A stretch of DNA of 64,000 nucleotides from NCBI GenBank assembly GCA_003507395.1, contig DNVW01000016.1, positions 12,726-76,725 of the forward strand. Direction: 5' to 3'. Shown here in pieces: positions 1-10,008 of the stretch (the stretch's first letter is position 1; each line of letters starts with the position of its first letter). Made by a program: the position numbers and the translations under genes. The notes beneath the pieces were generated by a model. The model did no database searches. It was not told the origin of the DNA and saw nothing but the letters and a program-made list of their open reading frames with translations. This DNA is from Clostridiales bacterium (GTDB lineage: Bacteria; Bacillota; Clostridia; TANB77; CAG-508).

Positions 1-788
1 GCAATAGCAGATCATGATACTGTGGATGCATATAATGATGAATTATTTGAGTATGCAAAAAGTAAAAACATAAAGTTAATTAATGCAGTAGAAATTTCTA
101 CTAAAACAAAAAAAGCAGGAGTACATGTATTAGGATATAATCTGGATTTAGATAATGAAGAATTCAAAGAAAGATTAAAAAAAGTTAGAAATGCAAGACA
201 TAATTATTTACGTGATGTAGCTAAAAAACTAGAAGAACTAGAATATTATATAAATGTAGAAGAATTAGATAAGATAGAAGCTGTTACAAAAGCCCATATA
301 GCATTAAATACAATAGAAAATCCAAAGAACAAAGAAAAATTATTAGTAGAATTTGGACATATTCCAAGTAAAGGTGAATTTATAGAAACTATTATGAATG
401 AAAATTGTCCTGCATATGTAAAAAAAGAGAGTTTAACTCCAAAAGAAGCAGCAGAAATAATAAGAGCTGCAAAAGGAAAAGTTGTTTTAGCACATCCTGT
501 GGCATATGTGCACGAAGATAATTTCACAGAAGAAGATATTTTAGCTATTGTTAATGATATGAAACCAGATGGTTTAGAAGCAAATTATTTATATGTAGAT
601 AGATATAATAAAAAAATTGATGAAATAAAACAGTGGAATGAATTTGCAAAAAAAATAATTTATTTGTAACAGCTGGTTCAGATTTTCATAATAAAGATGG
701 ACTTAGACCAGAAATTGGTTTTGTAAATACAGAATTTGTTTTATCAGAAGATGTTATAGACAAGATTATTGAAAATTTGGAAAAATAA
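1..788 (+). pseudogene. PHP-domain phosphoesterase (TrpH/YciV-like). It is 5'-partial and interrupted by an apparent -1 frameshift in an A8 tract near 648-655.
   Basis: Frame 1 translates the ...AIADHDTVDAYN... PHP motif and stops at 667-669. The frame beginning at 642 continues KKNNLFVTAGSDFHNKDGLRPEIGFVN...ENLEK*, which is a typical PHP C-terminus. Inserting one A in the aaaaaaaa run restores a single ORF. Confidence 0.6.
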
Positions 789-795
789 TATCATA

Positions 796-1158
796 ATGTC
801 ATCAAAAAATACAAGAGTGAGCAAGACACAGAAAAGCTGTTTAAATATTTGTGTTGCTATAATTACCCAAGGAGGTGCTGTCGCAGCACCTATTGGTGGA
901 AAAGTTTTAGCAGAAGTATTACCATATTTGGAAGCACAAAAAGATAATATAAAAGAAGAAAATATAAAAAAAGATATAGAAGTACCAAATATAGAAGGAC
1001 TTACAATAGATGAGGCAAAGAAAAGATTAAAAGAAGTAAATTTAAATATATCAATAGAAGATATGGAAGAAAAAGAAGGTACAGAAATAATAACACAACA
1101 ATTACCTAAAGCTGGAATAAAAGTAAAAGAAGGAGTAGCCATAATTGCTTATAACTAA
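796..1158 (+). CDS. PASTA-domain protein that resembles the C-terminal fragment of a SpoVD/FtsI-type penicillin-binding protein
   Basis: ITQGGAVAAPIGGKVLAEVLPYL resembles the end of a PBP transpeptidase domain. It is followed by a PASTA-like segment (VPNIEGLTIDEAKKRLKEVNLNI...). The ORF cannot extend upstream of 727, so no N-terminal PBP domains are present. Confidence 0.45.
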   Translation: MSSKNTRVSKTQKSCLNICVAIITQGGAVAAPIGGKVLAEVLPYLEAQKDNIKEENIKKDIEVPNIEGLTIDEAKKRLKEVNLNISIEDMEEKEGTEIITQQLPKAGIKVKEGVAIIAYN

Positions 1159-1225
1159 TCTATATATACATATAATAAAAAGTATGGTATAATTTGTAAA
1201 AATAATTTGAAGGAAGGTTAGTAAT

Positions 1226-1927
1226 ATGATACACAGAATGAAGTTAAATGAAAGCCCGTTTGAGAGAATAAAAGATGGAACAAAAACTATAGAATTTCGA
1301 TTGTATGATGAAAAAAGAAGACAAATAAAGATTGGGGACCAAATAGAGTTTTCAAAATTGCCAGAGTTGCAAGAAACAATATTAGTAGATGTATTAGAAT
1401 TATACATAGAACCAACATTTGAAAAGTTATTTAAAAAATTATATACAGATGAAGAAGATATAAAAAGAAAAACAACTGCTATGTACCAATATTATTCACC
1501 AGAAAATGAGAAGGAATATGGCGTAGTAGGAATAAAAATATCACTACATAGTACTGGATTTAGATACACATATAATAAACTAGTACGAGATAAAATACCT
1601 GAAAATATAGATAGTGAACCAGGCAGGAAAAGCAAATATAGAATTCTTGATGATAAAGAGTACTTAACAGAACTAAATAAAAAGGTTATAGAAGAAGCTA
1701 ATGAGTTTATAGAAGAAAATAGTATTGAAGAACTTGGAGATTTAATGGAAGTTATAAATGCTATAATGAAATTAAAAGGTTATAAAATGGAAGAAGTATA
1801 TAAAATTATGAAGGTAAAAGAAGAAAAGAAAGGTGCTTTCTATAATAAAATTTATTTAGAGTATGTTGACGAAGAAAAAAGAAACTTAGACGAAGAAAAA
1901 GAATTGAATAAAGAATTTAGAAAGTGA
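1226..1927 (+). CDS. ASCH-domain / MazG-like nucleotide pyrophosphohydrolase fusion protein
   Basis: The N-terminus is ASCH-like (FERIKDGTKTIEFRLYDEKRR). The C-terminus is a MazG/HisE-like helical NTP-PPase (EANEFIEE...LGDLMEVINAIMKLKG). The RBS is aggaagg. Confidence 0.5.
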   Translation: MIHRMKLNESPFERIKDGTKTIEFRLYDEKRRQIKIGDQIEFSKLPELQETILVDVLELYIEPTFEKLFKKLYTDEEDIKRKTTAMYQYYSPENEKEYGVVGIKISLHSTGFRYTYNKLVRDKIPENIDSEPGRKSKYRILDDKEYLTELNKKVIEEANEFIEENSIEELGDLMEVINAIMKLKGYKMEEVYKIMKVKEEKKGAFYNKIYLEYVDEEKRNLDEEKELNKEFRK

Positions 1928-1968
1928 TACAGTACTTATGAATAAAAATGTAAGATTTGAGGTATTTT

Positions 1969-2721
1969 ATGGATAATAAAAAATATTTAGAGAAAACTCT
2001 AGAAGTAAAAATTGATAGACCTTTTGGAAGCAAACATCCGAAACATGGATTTATATATCCAGTAAATTATGGATATGTTCCGAATACAATAAGTGGTGAT
2101 GGCGAGGAATTAGATTGTTATGTCCTTGGAGTTTTTGAACCTTTGGAAACTTTTAGAGGAAAATGTATTGCTATTATACATAGGTTGGATGATAACGATG
2201 ATAAATTGATTATAGTTCCAGAAAATAAATCTTTTTCAAATCAAGAAATAAGAGCTTTAACAGAGTTTCAAGAAAGATTTTTCAAAAGTGAGATAATAAG
2301 AGACTCAAATTATTTAGAGTTCAACAAGAGTATTCCTGAACTTTCAGTTACTAATTTAGAAAATAGCCTGAAGTTTTATAAAACTATAGGTTTTAAAATT
2401 GAATATGATAGACCAGAAAATAAATTTGTGTTCATTTCTTTAGGGAAAATACAATTTATGTTACAAGAAATTTCTGATAATGATAAATGGAATATTATGG
2501 AACTTACTTATCCATTTGGAAATGGTATTAATTTTCAATTAGAAGTTAATAATGTTAATGAAATATATAAAAATTTAAAAGATAATAATTACAAAATTAC
2601 TTTTGAAATTGAAGAAAATTGGTATAGACAAGGAAATAGACTATTAGGAAATAAAGAATTTTTGATACAAGATCCAGATGGGTATTTATTAAGATTTTTT
2701 GAGGATTTGGGAGAAAAGTAA
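1969..2721 (+). CDS. Two-domain protein with an inorganic-pyrophosphatase-like N-terminus and a VOC/glyoxalase-like C-terminus
   Basis: EVKIDRPFGSKHPKHGFIYPVNYGYVPNT...DGEELDCYVLG resembles the family I PPase fold. The C-terminus (LKFYKTIGFKIEYD...LLRFFEDL) looks VOC-like. An ATG at 1969 follows a gagg RBS. Confidence 0.4.
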   Translation: MDNKKYLEKTLEVKIDRPFGSKHPKHGFIYPVNYGYVPNTISGDGEELDCYVLGVFEPLETFRGKCIAIIHRLDDNDDKLIIVPENKSFSNQEIRALTEFQERFFKSEIIRDSNYLEFNKSIPELSVTNLENSLKFYKTIGFKIEYDRPENKFVFISLGKIQFMLQEISDNDKWNIMELTYPFGNGINFQLEVNNVNEIYKNLKDNNYKITFEIEENWYRQGNRLLGNKEFLIQDPDGYLLRFFEDLGEK

Positions 2722-2859
2722 ATAATTATAAATTTTGACACATCAAGTAATAAATTCAACTATTCGCGTGATATTACCACAGAAATTAATAATTTTTAAA
2801 ATAAGAAAATGTGAAAATATAAATAGAGAAGGTATAGAAAAAATTAAAATATATAACAA

Positions 2860-2887
2860 GCAAGAACTTCGTAATTGAAGTTCTTGC
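2860..2887. terminator. Bidirectional rho-independent terminator hairpin (gcaagaacttc-gtaatt-gaagttcttgc)
   Basis: An 11-bp perfect stem lies between convergent genes. Confidence 0.6.
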
Positions 2888-3358
2888 TTATTCAATTATA
2901 CCGCAAGCAATTTTGCTTCCAGAATTGCCACTGGGTTGAGTTGTAAAATCATCTGGAGAATCATGAATAATAACAACTTTACCTAATATATCTTTTATTT
3001 TAAATTTATTTATTAAAACAGTCATATGTGCATAACCATTATTTTCAATTAGTGGTGGTAAATCCCCAATATGAAAAGGGTGAGGACAGTTTGTAGGATT
3101 TAAATGTGTTTTTGCATTTGCAAATTCGTCGCTTATAGTTCCACTACAAGAACTGCCTTCATGAATATGAAATCCAAAAAATCTACCGGTACAGCTGTCA
3201 GATGATTGAGGTAATCCATTTACTTTAGCAGTAACCAAGACACCATTTTTCACTTCTCTAAAAGTAACAACACCATTTATTTTAGGATATTTTTTTCCTC
3301 CCTTTATATTTGCTTTAGCAATATTAAAAATATTTGTAAACATATTATACATCTCCAA
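2888..3358 (-). CDS. sodC: Cu/Zn superoxide dismutase
   Basis: GFHIHEGSSC, the Cu/Zn ligand histidines and PHPFHIGDLPPL are typical of SodC. Confidence 0.85.
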   Translation of the reverse strand: MEMYNMFTNIFNIAKANIKGGKKYPKINGVVTFREVKNGVLVTAKVNGLPQSSDSCTGRFFGFHIHEGSSCSGTISDEFANAKTHLNPTNCPHPFHIGDLPPLIENNGYAHMTVLINKFKIKDILGKVVIIHDSPDDFTTQPSGNSGSKIACGIIE

Positions 3359-3581
3359 TTATTATTTATATTAATATAATATTCAAAGAAAATTGAAATG
3401 TTAAATAAGTTGTAGCTATAAAATAGATTGTATAATGAAAAAAGCAAATAAAAATTGCTAGAATTTAAAGAAACAATATTAGCATATATGTTAGAAAATG
3501 GAAAAATATTTATTTGATAAAAAAGTATTGAAAAAGAACATTAATATATGATAAACTTTTAACAAAAAAAGGAAGAATAAA

Positions 3582-4745
3582 ATGAATTATAATATAACAA
3601 ACAAAATAGAATATATAGGAGTTAATGATAAAACATTAGATTTATTTGAAAGTCAATATAATCTTCCAAATGGGGTATCATATAATTCATATATACTTAA
3701 AGATAAGAAAACAGTAGTAATGGATACAGTCGACAAAAGAGTGACAAATGAATGGCTGGAAAATATAGAAACAACTTTAAATAAAAAAAATATAGATTAT
3801 TTAGTAATTTCACATTTAGAGCCAGATCATTCTGCTAATATACAATTATTAGCACAGAAATATCCAGAGATGAAAATCATACTAAATCAAAAAGCCGAAA
3901 GCATGATGAAGCAATTTTTTGATTTAGATTTATCTAATAGATATGTTATAGTAAAAGAAGGAGATATTATAGATACAGGAGAACATAAATTACAATTTTT
4001 TATGGCTCCTATGGTACATTGGCCAGAAGTAATGGTAACATATGAACAAACAGAAAAGATTTTGTTTAGTGCAGATGGATTTGGTAAGTTTGGAACTTTA
4101 GATACTGAGGAAGATTGGACAAATGAAGCAAGGAGATATTACTTTAATATTGTAGGAAAATATGGCACACAAGTTCAACAGTTGCTAAAAAAAGTTGTGG
4201 GGTTAGACATTAAAATGATATGCCCATTACATGGACCAATTCTTAAGGAAAATTTGAATTATTATATAAATAAATATGATACATGGAGTAGCTATAAACC
4301 AGAAGATGAAGGCATATTAGTAGCATATAATTCTATTCATGGAAACACCAGAAAAGCTGTAGAAGAATTAGAAAAAATGCTAAAAGAAAATGGTGTAAAA
4401 AAAGTAGTAGTAGGTGATTTATCAAGAAATGATATGTCAGAAATAATAGCAAATGCATTTAGATATGATAAATTAATTATTGCTTCTCCAACATATGATG
4501 CAGGATTATTTCCATCAACAGAAAAATTTTTAAGAAATTTAAAACATAAAAATTATCAAAATAGAAGAATAGGAATAATAGAAAATGGATCATGGGCACC
4601 AATGGCAGCCAAATGTATGAATGATATAATAAAAGAAATGAAAAATATAGAAACATGCAATACAACAGTTACAATAAAAACAAGAATGAATGATGAATCA
4701 AAGAAAAAGATGAAAGAACTTGTTAAAGAACTTTTAAATAAATAG
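3582..4745 (+). CDS. Flavodiiron protein (FprA-type; metallo-beta-lactamase fold plus flavodoxin domain)
   Basis: There is an HxExDH-type MBL motif (ISHLEPDHSAN) and a C-terminal flavodoxin-like domain. It lies adjacent to a rubredoxin gene. Confidence 0.8.
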   Translation: MNYNITNKIEYIGVNDKTLDLFESQYNLPNGVSYNSYILKDKKTVVMDTVDKRVTNEWLENIETTLNKKNIDYLVISHLEPDHSANIQLLAQKYPEMKIILNQKAESMMKQFFDLDLSNRYVIVKEGDIIDTGEHKLQFFMAPMVHWPEVMVTYEQTEKILFSADGFGKFGTLDTEEDWTNEARRYYFNIVGKYGTQVQQLLKKVVGLDIKMICPLHGPILKENLNYYINKYDTWSSYKPEDEGILVAYNSIHGNTRKAVEELEKMLKENGVKKVVVGDLSRNDMSEIIANAFRYDKLIIASPTYDAGLFPSTEKFLRNLKHKNYQNRRIGIIENGSWAPMAAKCMNDIIKEMKNIETCNTTVTIKTRMNDESKKKMKELVKELLNK

Positions 4746-4758
4746 GAGGTGAAAAATT

Positions 4759-4896
4759 ATGAAATATGAATGTACAGTTTGTGGATATATATATGATGAA
4801 GCTGTAGAAGGAGTAAAATTTGAAGATTTACCAGAAGATTGGGTATGTCCACTATGCGGAGTAGGAAAAGAAATGTTTCAAAAAGTAGAAGAATAA
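4759..4896 (+). CDS. Rubredoxin (short, 45 aa)
   Basis: [14 protein letters not shown]...[19 protein letters not shown] has two CxxCG knuckles. The RBS is aggaggtg. This ORF is absent from the supplied ORF track because it is small. Confidence 0.85.
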   Translation: MKYECTVCGYIYDEAVEGVKFEDLPEDWVCPLCGVGKEMFQKVEE

Positions 4897-4900
4897 TAAA

Positions 4901-4927
4901 AAAGAACTTCACATTGAAGTTCTTTTT
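4901..4927 (+). terminator. Rho-independent terminator (aaagaacttca-cat-tgaagttcttt followed by a T-run)
   Basis: It has a perfect stem and a T-tract. The sequence is nearly identical to the hairpin at 2860-2887. Confidence 0.65.
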
Positions 4928-5110
4928 TAATGTGAAAGTTTCGCTAAGCATTGCACAGAAAAATGCAATACAAATATTAGTAAGTAAGTTGAGCAGATAA
5001 AACATATAACAAATAAATACAGAATTTTAAAAAAATTATAAAAAATCTATACAAAAATAAAATTTCATTATATAATGACAATGAAAAAATATATAAATAA
5101 GGAGAAATTT

Positions 5111-6583
5111 ATGAAATTAAAATCTATATTAGCTGGATTGGAGAATTTAAAAGCTAAAGGAGAAATAGAATTAGATATACCTAACATAGAAAATGATTCC
5201 AGAAAAGTGCAACCAGGAGATATGTTTATTGCAATAAAAGGTTTTAAAAATGACGGAACTGAATATATAAAAGACGCAATTGCAAATGGAGCAAAAGTTA
5301 TACTTGCTCCAGATGATACAGATAAAGAAATAATAAAACAAATACCAGAAGGAGTTACAATCATACTACATCCAGATACCAGATATGCTTTAGCAATATG
5401 TTCTTGTAACTTTTACGAAAATCCTTCTAGCAAGTTTAAATTAGTAGGAGTAACAGGTACAAAAGGTAAAACTACAACTACATATATGATGAGGGAAATA
5501 CTAAAAAAACAAGGAATAAAAACAGGTTTAGTAGGAACAATAGCAATATACAGTGGAGATAAAAAACTAAAAGATAGTGATAGGACAACACCAGAAAGTT
5601 TAGAGCTACAAAGAATGTTTGCACAAATGGCTGAAGATGGATGCGAGGTTGTTATTATGGAAGTATCTTCTCAAAGTTTAAAACTTTCTAGAGTTGCAGG
5701 CTGTAATTTTGATATAGGAGTATTTACAAACTTTTCAGAAGACCATATAAGCCCAAAAGAGCATCCAGATATGGAGGATTATTTAAACTCAAAACTAAAA
5801 TTATTTAATATATGTAAAAAAGCTTTTGTAAATGTAGATAATATTTATGCTTCTAGAATTTTAAATTCAATAAAAGACTGTGACGTAAAAACATATGGCA
5901 TAGACAATGCAGCAGATTTATTAGCTAAAGATATTACAATAACCAATTCATATGTCGATTTTATGGTAAAGTTAGAAACAAGAAATGAAAGAGTAAAGGT
6001 AGGTATACCAGGCAGATTCAGTGTTTATAATGCTTTAGCAGCAATAAGCGTTTGTAAAAAGTTAGGATGCAGTTCAGAAAACATTAAAAAAGCATTAGAA
6101 GAAGTGAGAGTTCCAGGTAGAAGCGAGCTTGTGGACAATAAAAAAGGTTTAACAATAATGATAGATTATGCACATTCACCAGAAAGCTTACAAAACATCT
6201 TATATGCAGTAAAAAGTTATACAAGAGGAAGAGTAATTTCTGTATTTGGGTGTGGAGGAGATAGAGATACCACAAAAAGGGCTATAATGGGGGAAATATC
6301 AGGAAAAGCAGCAGATTATACTATAATAACATCAGATAATCCTCGTACAGAAAATCCAGAAGAAATAGTAAAACAAGTAGAAGAAGGAATAAAAAGAACA
6401 AAAGGAAAATATGTATGTATAGTAGATAGAAAAAAAGCTATAGAACATGCAATAAAAATGGCAAATAAAAATGACATAATAGTTTTAGCAGGCAAGGGAC
6501 ATGAACCATATCAAGAAATAAATGGAGAAAAAAATCCTTTTGATGAAAGAATTATAGTAAAAGATATAATAAACAAAATGTAA
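5111..6583 (+). CDS. murE: UDP-N-acetylmuramoyl-L-alanyl-D-glutamate--2,6-diaminopimelate ligase
   Basis: It shows the Mur ligase motifs (GVTGTKGKTTT, DNPR), has an aaggag RBS, and is followed by mraY. Confidence 0.9.
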   Translation: MKLKSILAGLENLKAKGEIELDIPNIENDSRKVQPGDMFIAIKGFKNDGTEYIKDAIANGAKVILAPDDTDKEIIKQIPEGVTIILHPDTRYALAICSCNFYENPSSKFKLVGVTGTKGKTTTTYMMREILKKQGIKTGLVGTIAIYSGDKKLKDSDRTTPESLELQRMFAQMAEDGCEVVIMEVSSQSLKLSRVAGCNFDIGVFTNFSEDHISPKEHPDMEDYLNSKLKLFNICKKAFVNVDNIYASRILNSIKDCDVKTYGIDNAADLLAKDITITNSYVDFMVKLETRNERVKVGIPGRFSVYNALAAISVCKKLGCSSENIKKALEEVRVPGRSELVDNKKGLTIMIDYAHSPESLQNILYAVKSYTRGRVISVFGCGGDRDTTKRAIMGEISGKAADYTIITSDNPRTENPEEIVKQVEEGIKRTKGKYVCIVDRKKAIEHAIKMANKNDIIVLAGKGHEPYQEINGEKNPFDERIIVKDIINKM

Positions 6584-6593
6584 GGAGATAATT

Positions 6594-7574
6594 ATGCAAT
6601 ACCAAATAAAAATATTATTATTGTCATTTGCAATTACAGTAATTTCATCTTTTATAATAATACCAATATTAAGAAAATTAAAAGTAGGTCAAATGGAACG
6701 AGCAGAAGGACCAGAATCTCATTTAGGAAAACAAGGTACACCAACAATGGGTGGAATAATAATGATTCTTGTAATTATGCTACTAACAAGTTTTATGTGT
6801 TATGATTATATTAAAGATGAACAAGCAGAGGTAGCACAAAACATAATACCAATAGCAGGTTTAGCAGTAGGTTTCGGATTAGTTGGTTTCATAGATGACT
6901 TTAAAAAATTAGTTTTAAAAAATACAAAAGGATTAAAACCAATTTATAAAATAATTGGATTATTAATATTTTCAGTTGCATTTGTATTATACATAACACA
7001 AATATTAAACATAGGTACAGAAATATACATGCCATTTTTTAAAACTTATATAATATTACCAATATGGTTATATATACCATTTGGAATACTAGTATTACTA
7101 GCAACTTCTAATGCAATTAATCTTACAGACGGAATTGATGGATTAGCAACAAGTGTAACAGCAATTATTTTAACTTGTTTAACAGTAATAGGAATTATAT
7201 TTGATATAAAAGAAATAGTAGTATTTGGAAGTATTGTAATAGGAACTTGTTTAGGATTTCTATTATTTAACTTAAATCCAGCAAAAATATTTATGGGAGA
7301 TACAGGTTCACTAATGCTAGGAGGAGCTGTTGCAGGCATGGCATTATATCTAAAAATGCCACTATTATTATTGATAATAGCCTTAGTACCAGTAATAGAA
7401 ACTATATCCGTAATAATCCAAGTAAGATATTTTAAAAAAACGGGAAATAGAATTTTTAAAATGACACCAATACACCACCATTTTGAACTATCTGGATGGA
7501 ATGAAAATAAAATAGTATCAGTATTTAGTATTATAACTTTAGCTTTATGCATAATAGGTTTAATAGCAATATAA
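6594..7574 (+). CDS. mraY: Phospho-N-acetylmuramoyl-pentapeptide transferase
   Basis: It is polytopic with the conserved NLTDGIDGLA and HHHFEL motifs. Confidence 0.9.
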   Translation: MQYQIKILLLSFAITVISSFIIIPILRKLKVGQMERAEGPESHLGKQGTPTMGGIIMILVIMLLTSFMCYDYIKDEQAEVAQNIIPIAGLAVGFGLVGFIDDFKKLVLKNTKGLKPIYKIIGLLIFSVAFVLYITQILNIGTEIYMPFFKTYIILPIWLYIPFGILVLLATSNAINLTDGIDGLATSVTAIILTCLTVIGIIFDIKEIVVFGSIVIGTCLGFLLFNLNPAKIFMGDTGSLMLGGAVAGMALYLKMPLLLLIIALVPVIETISVIIQVRYFKKTGNRIFKMTPIHHHFELSGWNENKIVSVFSIITLALCIIGLIAI

Positions 7575-7595
7575 TTATAAGAAAGGAGAAATCTA

Positions 7596-8744
7596 ATGAC
7601 AAAAAACAAAAAGACAGTTCCAAACTTTATAAATAATCAATTTGATTTTATACTTTTTGTAATAATTATTATATTGCTATCATTAGGAATAGTTATGGTA
7701 TTATCAGCATCTGCACCATCTGCTATTGCTGAATCGGGAAATAGTTATTCATATGTTATACAACAACTAAAAGCAGCAATATTGGGAATAATACTAATGC
7801 TAATAATATCAAAAATAGATTATAGACTTTATAAAAAGTTTTATAAAGCAATATATTGGATATCAGTATTAATATTGCTACTAGTTTTAATCCCAGGCTT
7901 AGGATTAAGCTCTAATGGAGCAACTAGGTGGATAGACTTAAAGTTTATACAATTTCAACCATCAGAGCTTACAAAAATAGGTTTAATAGTTTTTTATGCC
8001 GGATATCTTGCAGACCATAAATCAGAACTAAAAAGTTTTTGGAAAGGTTTTGTAAAGCCATTAATATATATATTACCACCAATAGCAATTTTATACTTTG
8101 TACAAAATCACTTAAGTGCTTCAGTAGTTATAGGTGCAGTAACTTGTGTAATGATGATTATGGCAGGTTGCAGATTATTATATTTTGTAATTGCAGGATT
8201 AATAGGGGCTCTTGTAATGACAGTGGGAATAATAGCTTTACAAGCTACAGGAAAAGGTGGATTCCGTATAAAAAGAATTATGTCATTTATGGATCCTTGG
8301 GCAGATGCAACAGAGGTAGGATGGCAAGCAGTACAAGGACTATATGCAATTGGCTCAGGGGGACTTTTTGGAGTAGGATTAGGAGAAAGCAAACAGAAAT
8401 ATTTGTACATACCAGAACCACACAATGATTTTATATTTTCCATTTTAGCAGAAGAATTAGGATTTGTAGGATGTGTAATAGTAATTTTATTATTTGCAAT
8501 ATTTATATGGAGAGGAATTTTAATAGCAATAAAATCTCCAGATATGTTTGGAAGTTTATTAGCAACAGGTATAACTACATTAATAGGAGTGCAAGTAATT
8601 ATAAATATTGGTGTTGTTACGTCATCAATACCAAATACAGGAATGCCATTACCATTTTTTAGCTACGGAGGAACAGCATTATTAATTTTATTATGCTCGT
8701 GTGGTGTATTACTAAATATTTCGAGAGCAGGTTCAAAGGTATAG
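7596..8744 (+). CDS. FtsW/RodA/SpoVE (SEDS) family peptidoglycan polymerase
   Basis: Conserved SEDS loops are present (PSELTKI, GGTALL). It lies between mraY and murG. Confidence 0.8.
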   Translation: MTKNKKTVPNFINNQFDFILFVIIIILLSLGIVMVLSASAPSAIAESGNSYSYVIQQLKAAILGIILMLIISKIDYRLYKKFYKAIYWISVLILLLVLIPGLGLSSNGATRWIDLKFIQFQPSELTKIGLIVFYAGYLADHKSELKSFWKGFVKPLIYILPPIAILYFVQNHLSASVVIGAVTCVMMIMAGCRLLYFVIAGLIGALVMTVGIIALQATGKGGFRIKRIMSFMDPWADATEVGWQAVQGLYAIGSGGLFGVGLGESKQKYLYIPEPHNDFIFSILAEELGFVGCVIVILLFAIFIWRGILIAIKSPDMFGSLLATGITTLIGVQVIINIGVVTSSIPNTGMPLPFFSYGGTALLILLCSCGVLLNISRAGSKV

Positions 8745-8790
8745 GAGGCGACTAGCAGTCACCAGAATAAATATAACGAGGAGGGAAAAG

Positions 8791-9909
8791 ATGAGAGTAA
8801 TCATTTCAGCAGCTGGTACAGGTGGACACATAAACCCAGGAATTGCAATTGCTAATAAAATAAAGAAAGAACAACCAGAATCACAAATAATTTTTATAGG
8901 AACTAATAGAGGCTTAGAAAACGATTTAGTACCAAGAGCTGGGTATGAACTAAAAACAATAGATGCATATGGTTTTGATAGAAAAATTTCATTAGATAAT
9001 ATAAAAAGAACATACAAAACATTCAGATCAATAGGTGAAGCAAAAAAAATAATAGAGGAATTTAAACCAGATGTAGTTATAGGTACAGGTGGATATATTT
9101 GTATTCCAGTTATACTTGCTGCAAAGTCGAAAAAAATACCAACAGCATTACATGAAAGTAATGCTTTCCCGGGAATAGCAGTAAAAATATTATCTAAAAA
9201 AGTAGATGTGGTATTAGTAGGATTTGAAGATGTTGTAAAAAGATTACCAAAGGCAAAAAAGATTGTTGTAACAGGTACTCCAACCAAATTAAAAAAAGTA
9301 TATTTAACAGAAGAAGAGAAAAGAAAAATATCGAGAGATTTAGGGTTTAATGATTATGAACCTAAAGTATTAGTTTTTGGTGGAAGCCAGGGAGCACAAA
9401 GCATAAATGATAGTATGATTGAAATTATATGCGAAAAGAAAAATAAAGAATATCAAATTATATGGGCAGCTGGACCAACACAATATGATGGCATTAAAGA
9501 AAGATTAAGTAATAAAGGAATAAATATAAACAATATACCAAATGTCAAGATAGTGCCATATATATATAACATGCAAGAATTAATGAATTATGTAGATTTA
9601 GTAGTATCAAGGAGTGGGGCAATGACAATAACAGAAGTAGCACTACTAAACAAACCTGCAATTTTTATCCCATTTCCATATGCAACTGAGAACCATCAAG
9701 AATATAATGCCAGAGTTCTAGAAAATGTATGTGCTGCCAAAATTATTTTAGATAAAAATTTAACTGGCAGTTCATTAGACCAAAATATATATAGTATAAT
9801 TTCAAATCCTGAATTATTAAAAAAGATGGGACAAAATACGACAAAAGTATCAGTAAATGATGTCGAAGAAAAAATATATGAAGAAATAATTAAAATATTA
9901 AAACAATAA
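8791..9909 (+). CDS. murG: Undecaprenyldiphospho-muramoylpentapeptide beta-N-acetylglucosaminyltransferase
   Basis: GTGGHINPGIAIA and the GGSQGA motif are present. Confidence 0.9.
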   Translation: MRVIISAAGTGGHINPGIAIANKIKKEQPESQIIFIGTNRGLENDLVPRAGYELKTIDAYGFDRKISLDNIKRTYKTFRSIGEAKKIIEEFKPDVVIGTGGYICIPVILAAKSKKIPTALHESNAFPGIAVKILSKKVDVVLVGFEDVVKRLPKAKKIVVTGTPTKLKKVYLTEEEKRKISRDLGFNDYEPKVLVFGGSQGAQSINDSMIEIICEKKNKEYQIIWAAGPTQYDGIKERLSNKGININNIPNVKIVPYIYNMQELMNYVDLVVSRSGAMTITEVALLNKPAIFIPFPYATENHQEYNARVLENVCAAKIILDKNLTGSSLDQNIYSIISNPELLKKMGQNTTKVSVNDVEEKIYEEIIKILKQ

Positions 9910-10008
9910 TTGTCGAAAAACATAAAATTCGAACGAACTAAAATGCTTGCACTTCTAAAGTAAATGATATATAGTTACATTAATAATTAACAAAGGAAGG
10001 TATATGTT

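Noticed and set aside
246-527. Antisense ORFs inside well-supported genes (for example 246-527, 744-1142, 7046-7609, 8039-8443, 8733-9287, 44061-45295, 58539-59085 and many 60-110-aa ORFs in the track)
   Set aside because: They lie opposite or out of frame to genes with strong motif support. In AT-rich DNA, stop-poor antisense frames are common. The products are low-complexity (F/L/I/S-rich) and lack an RBS.
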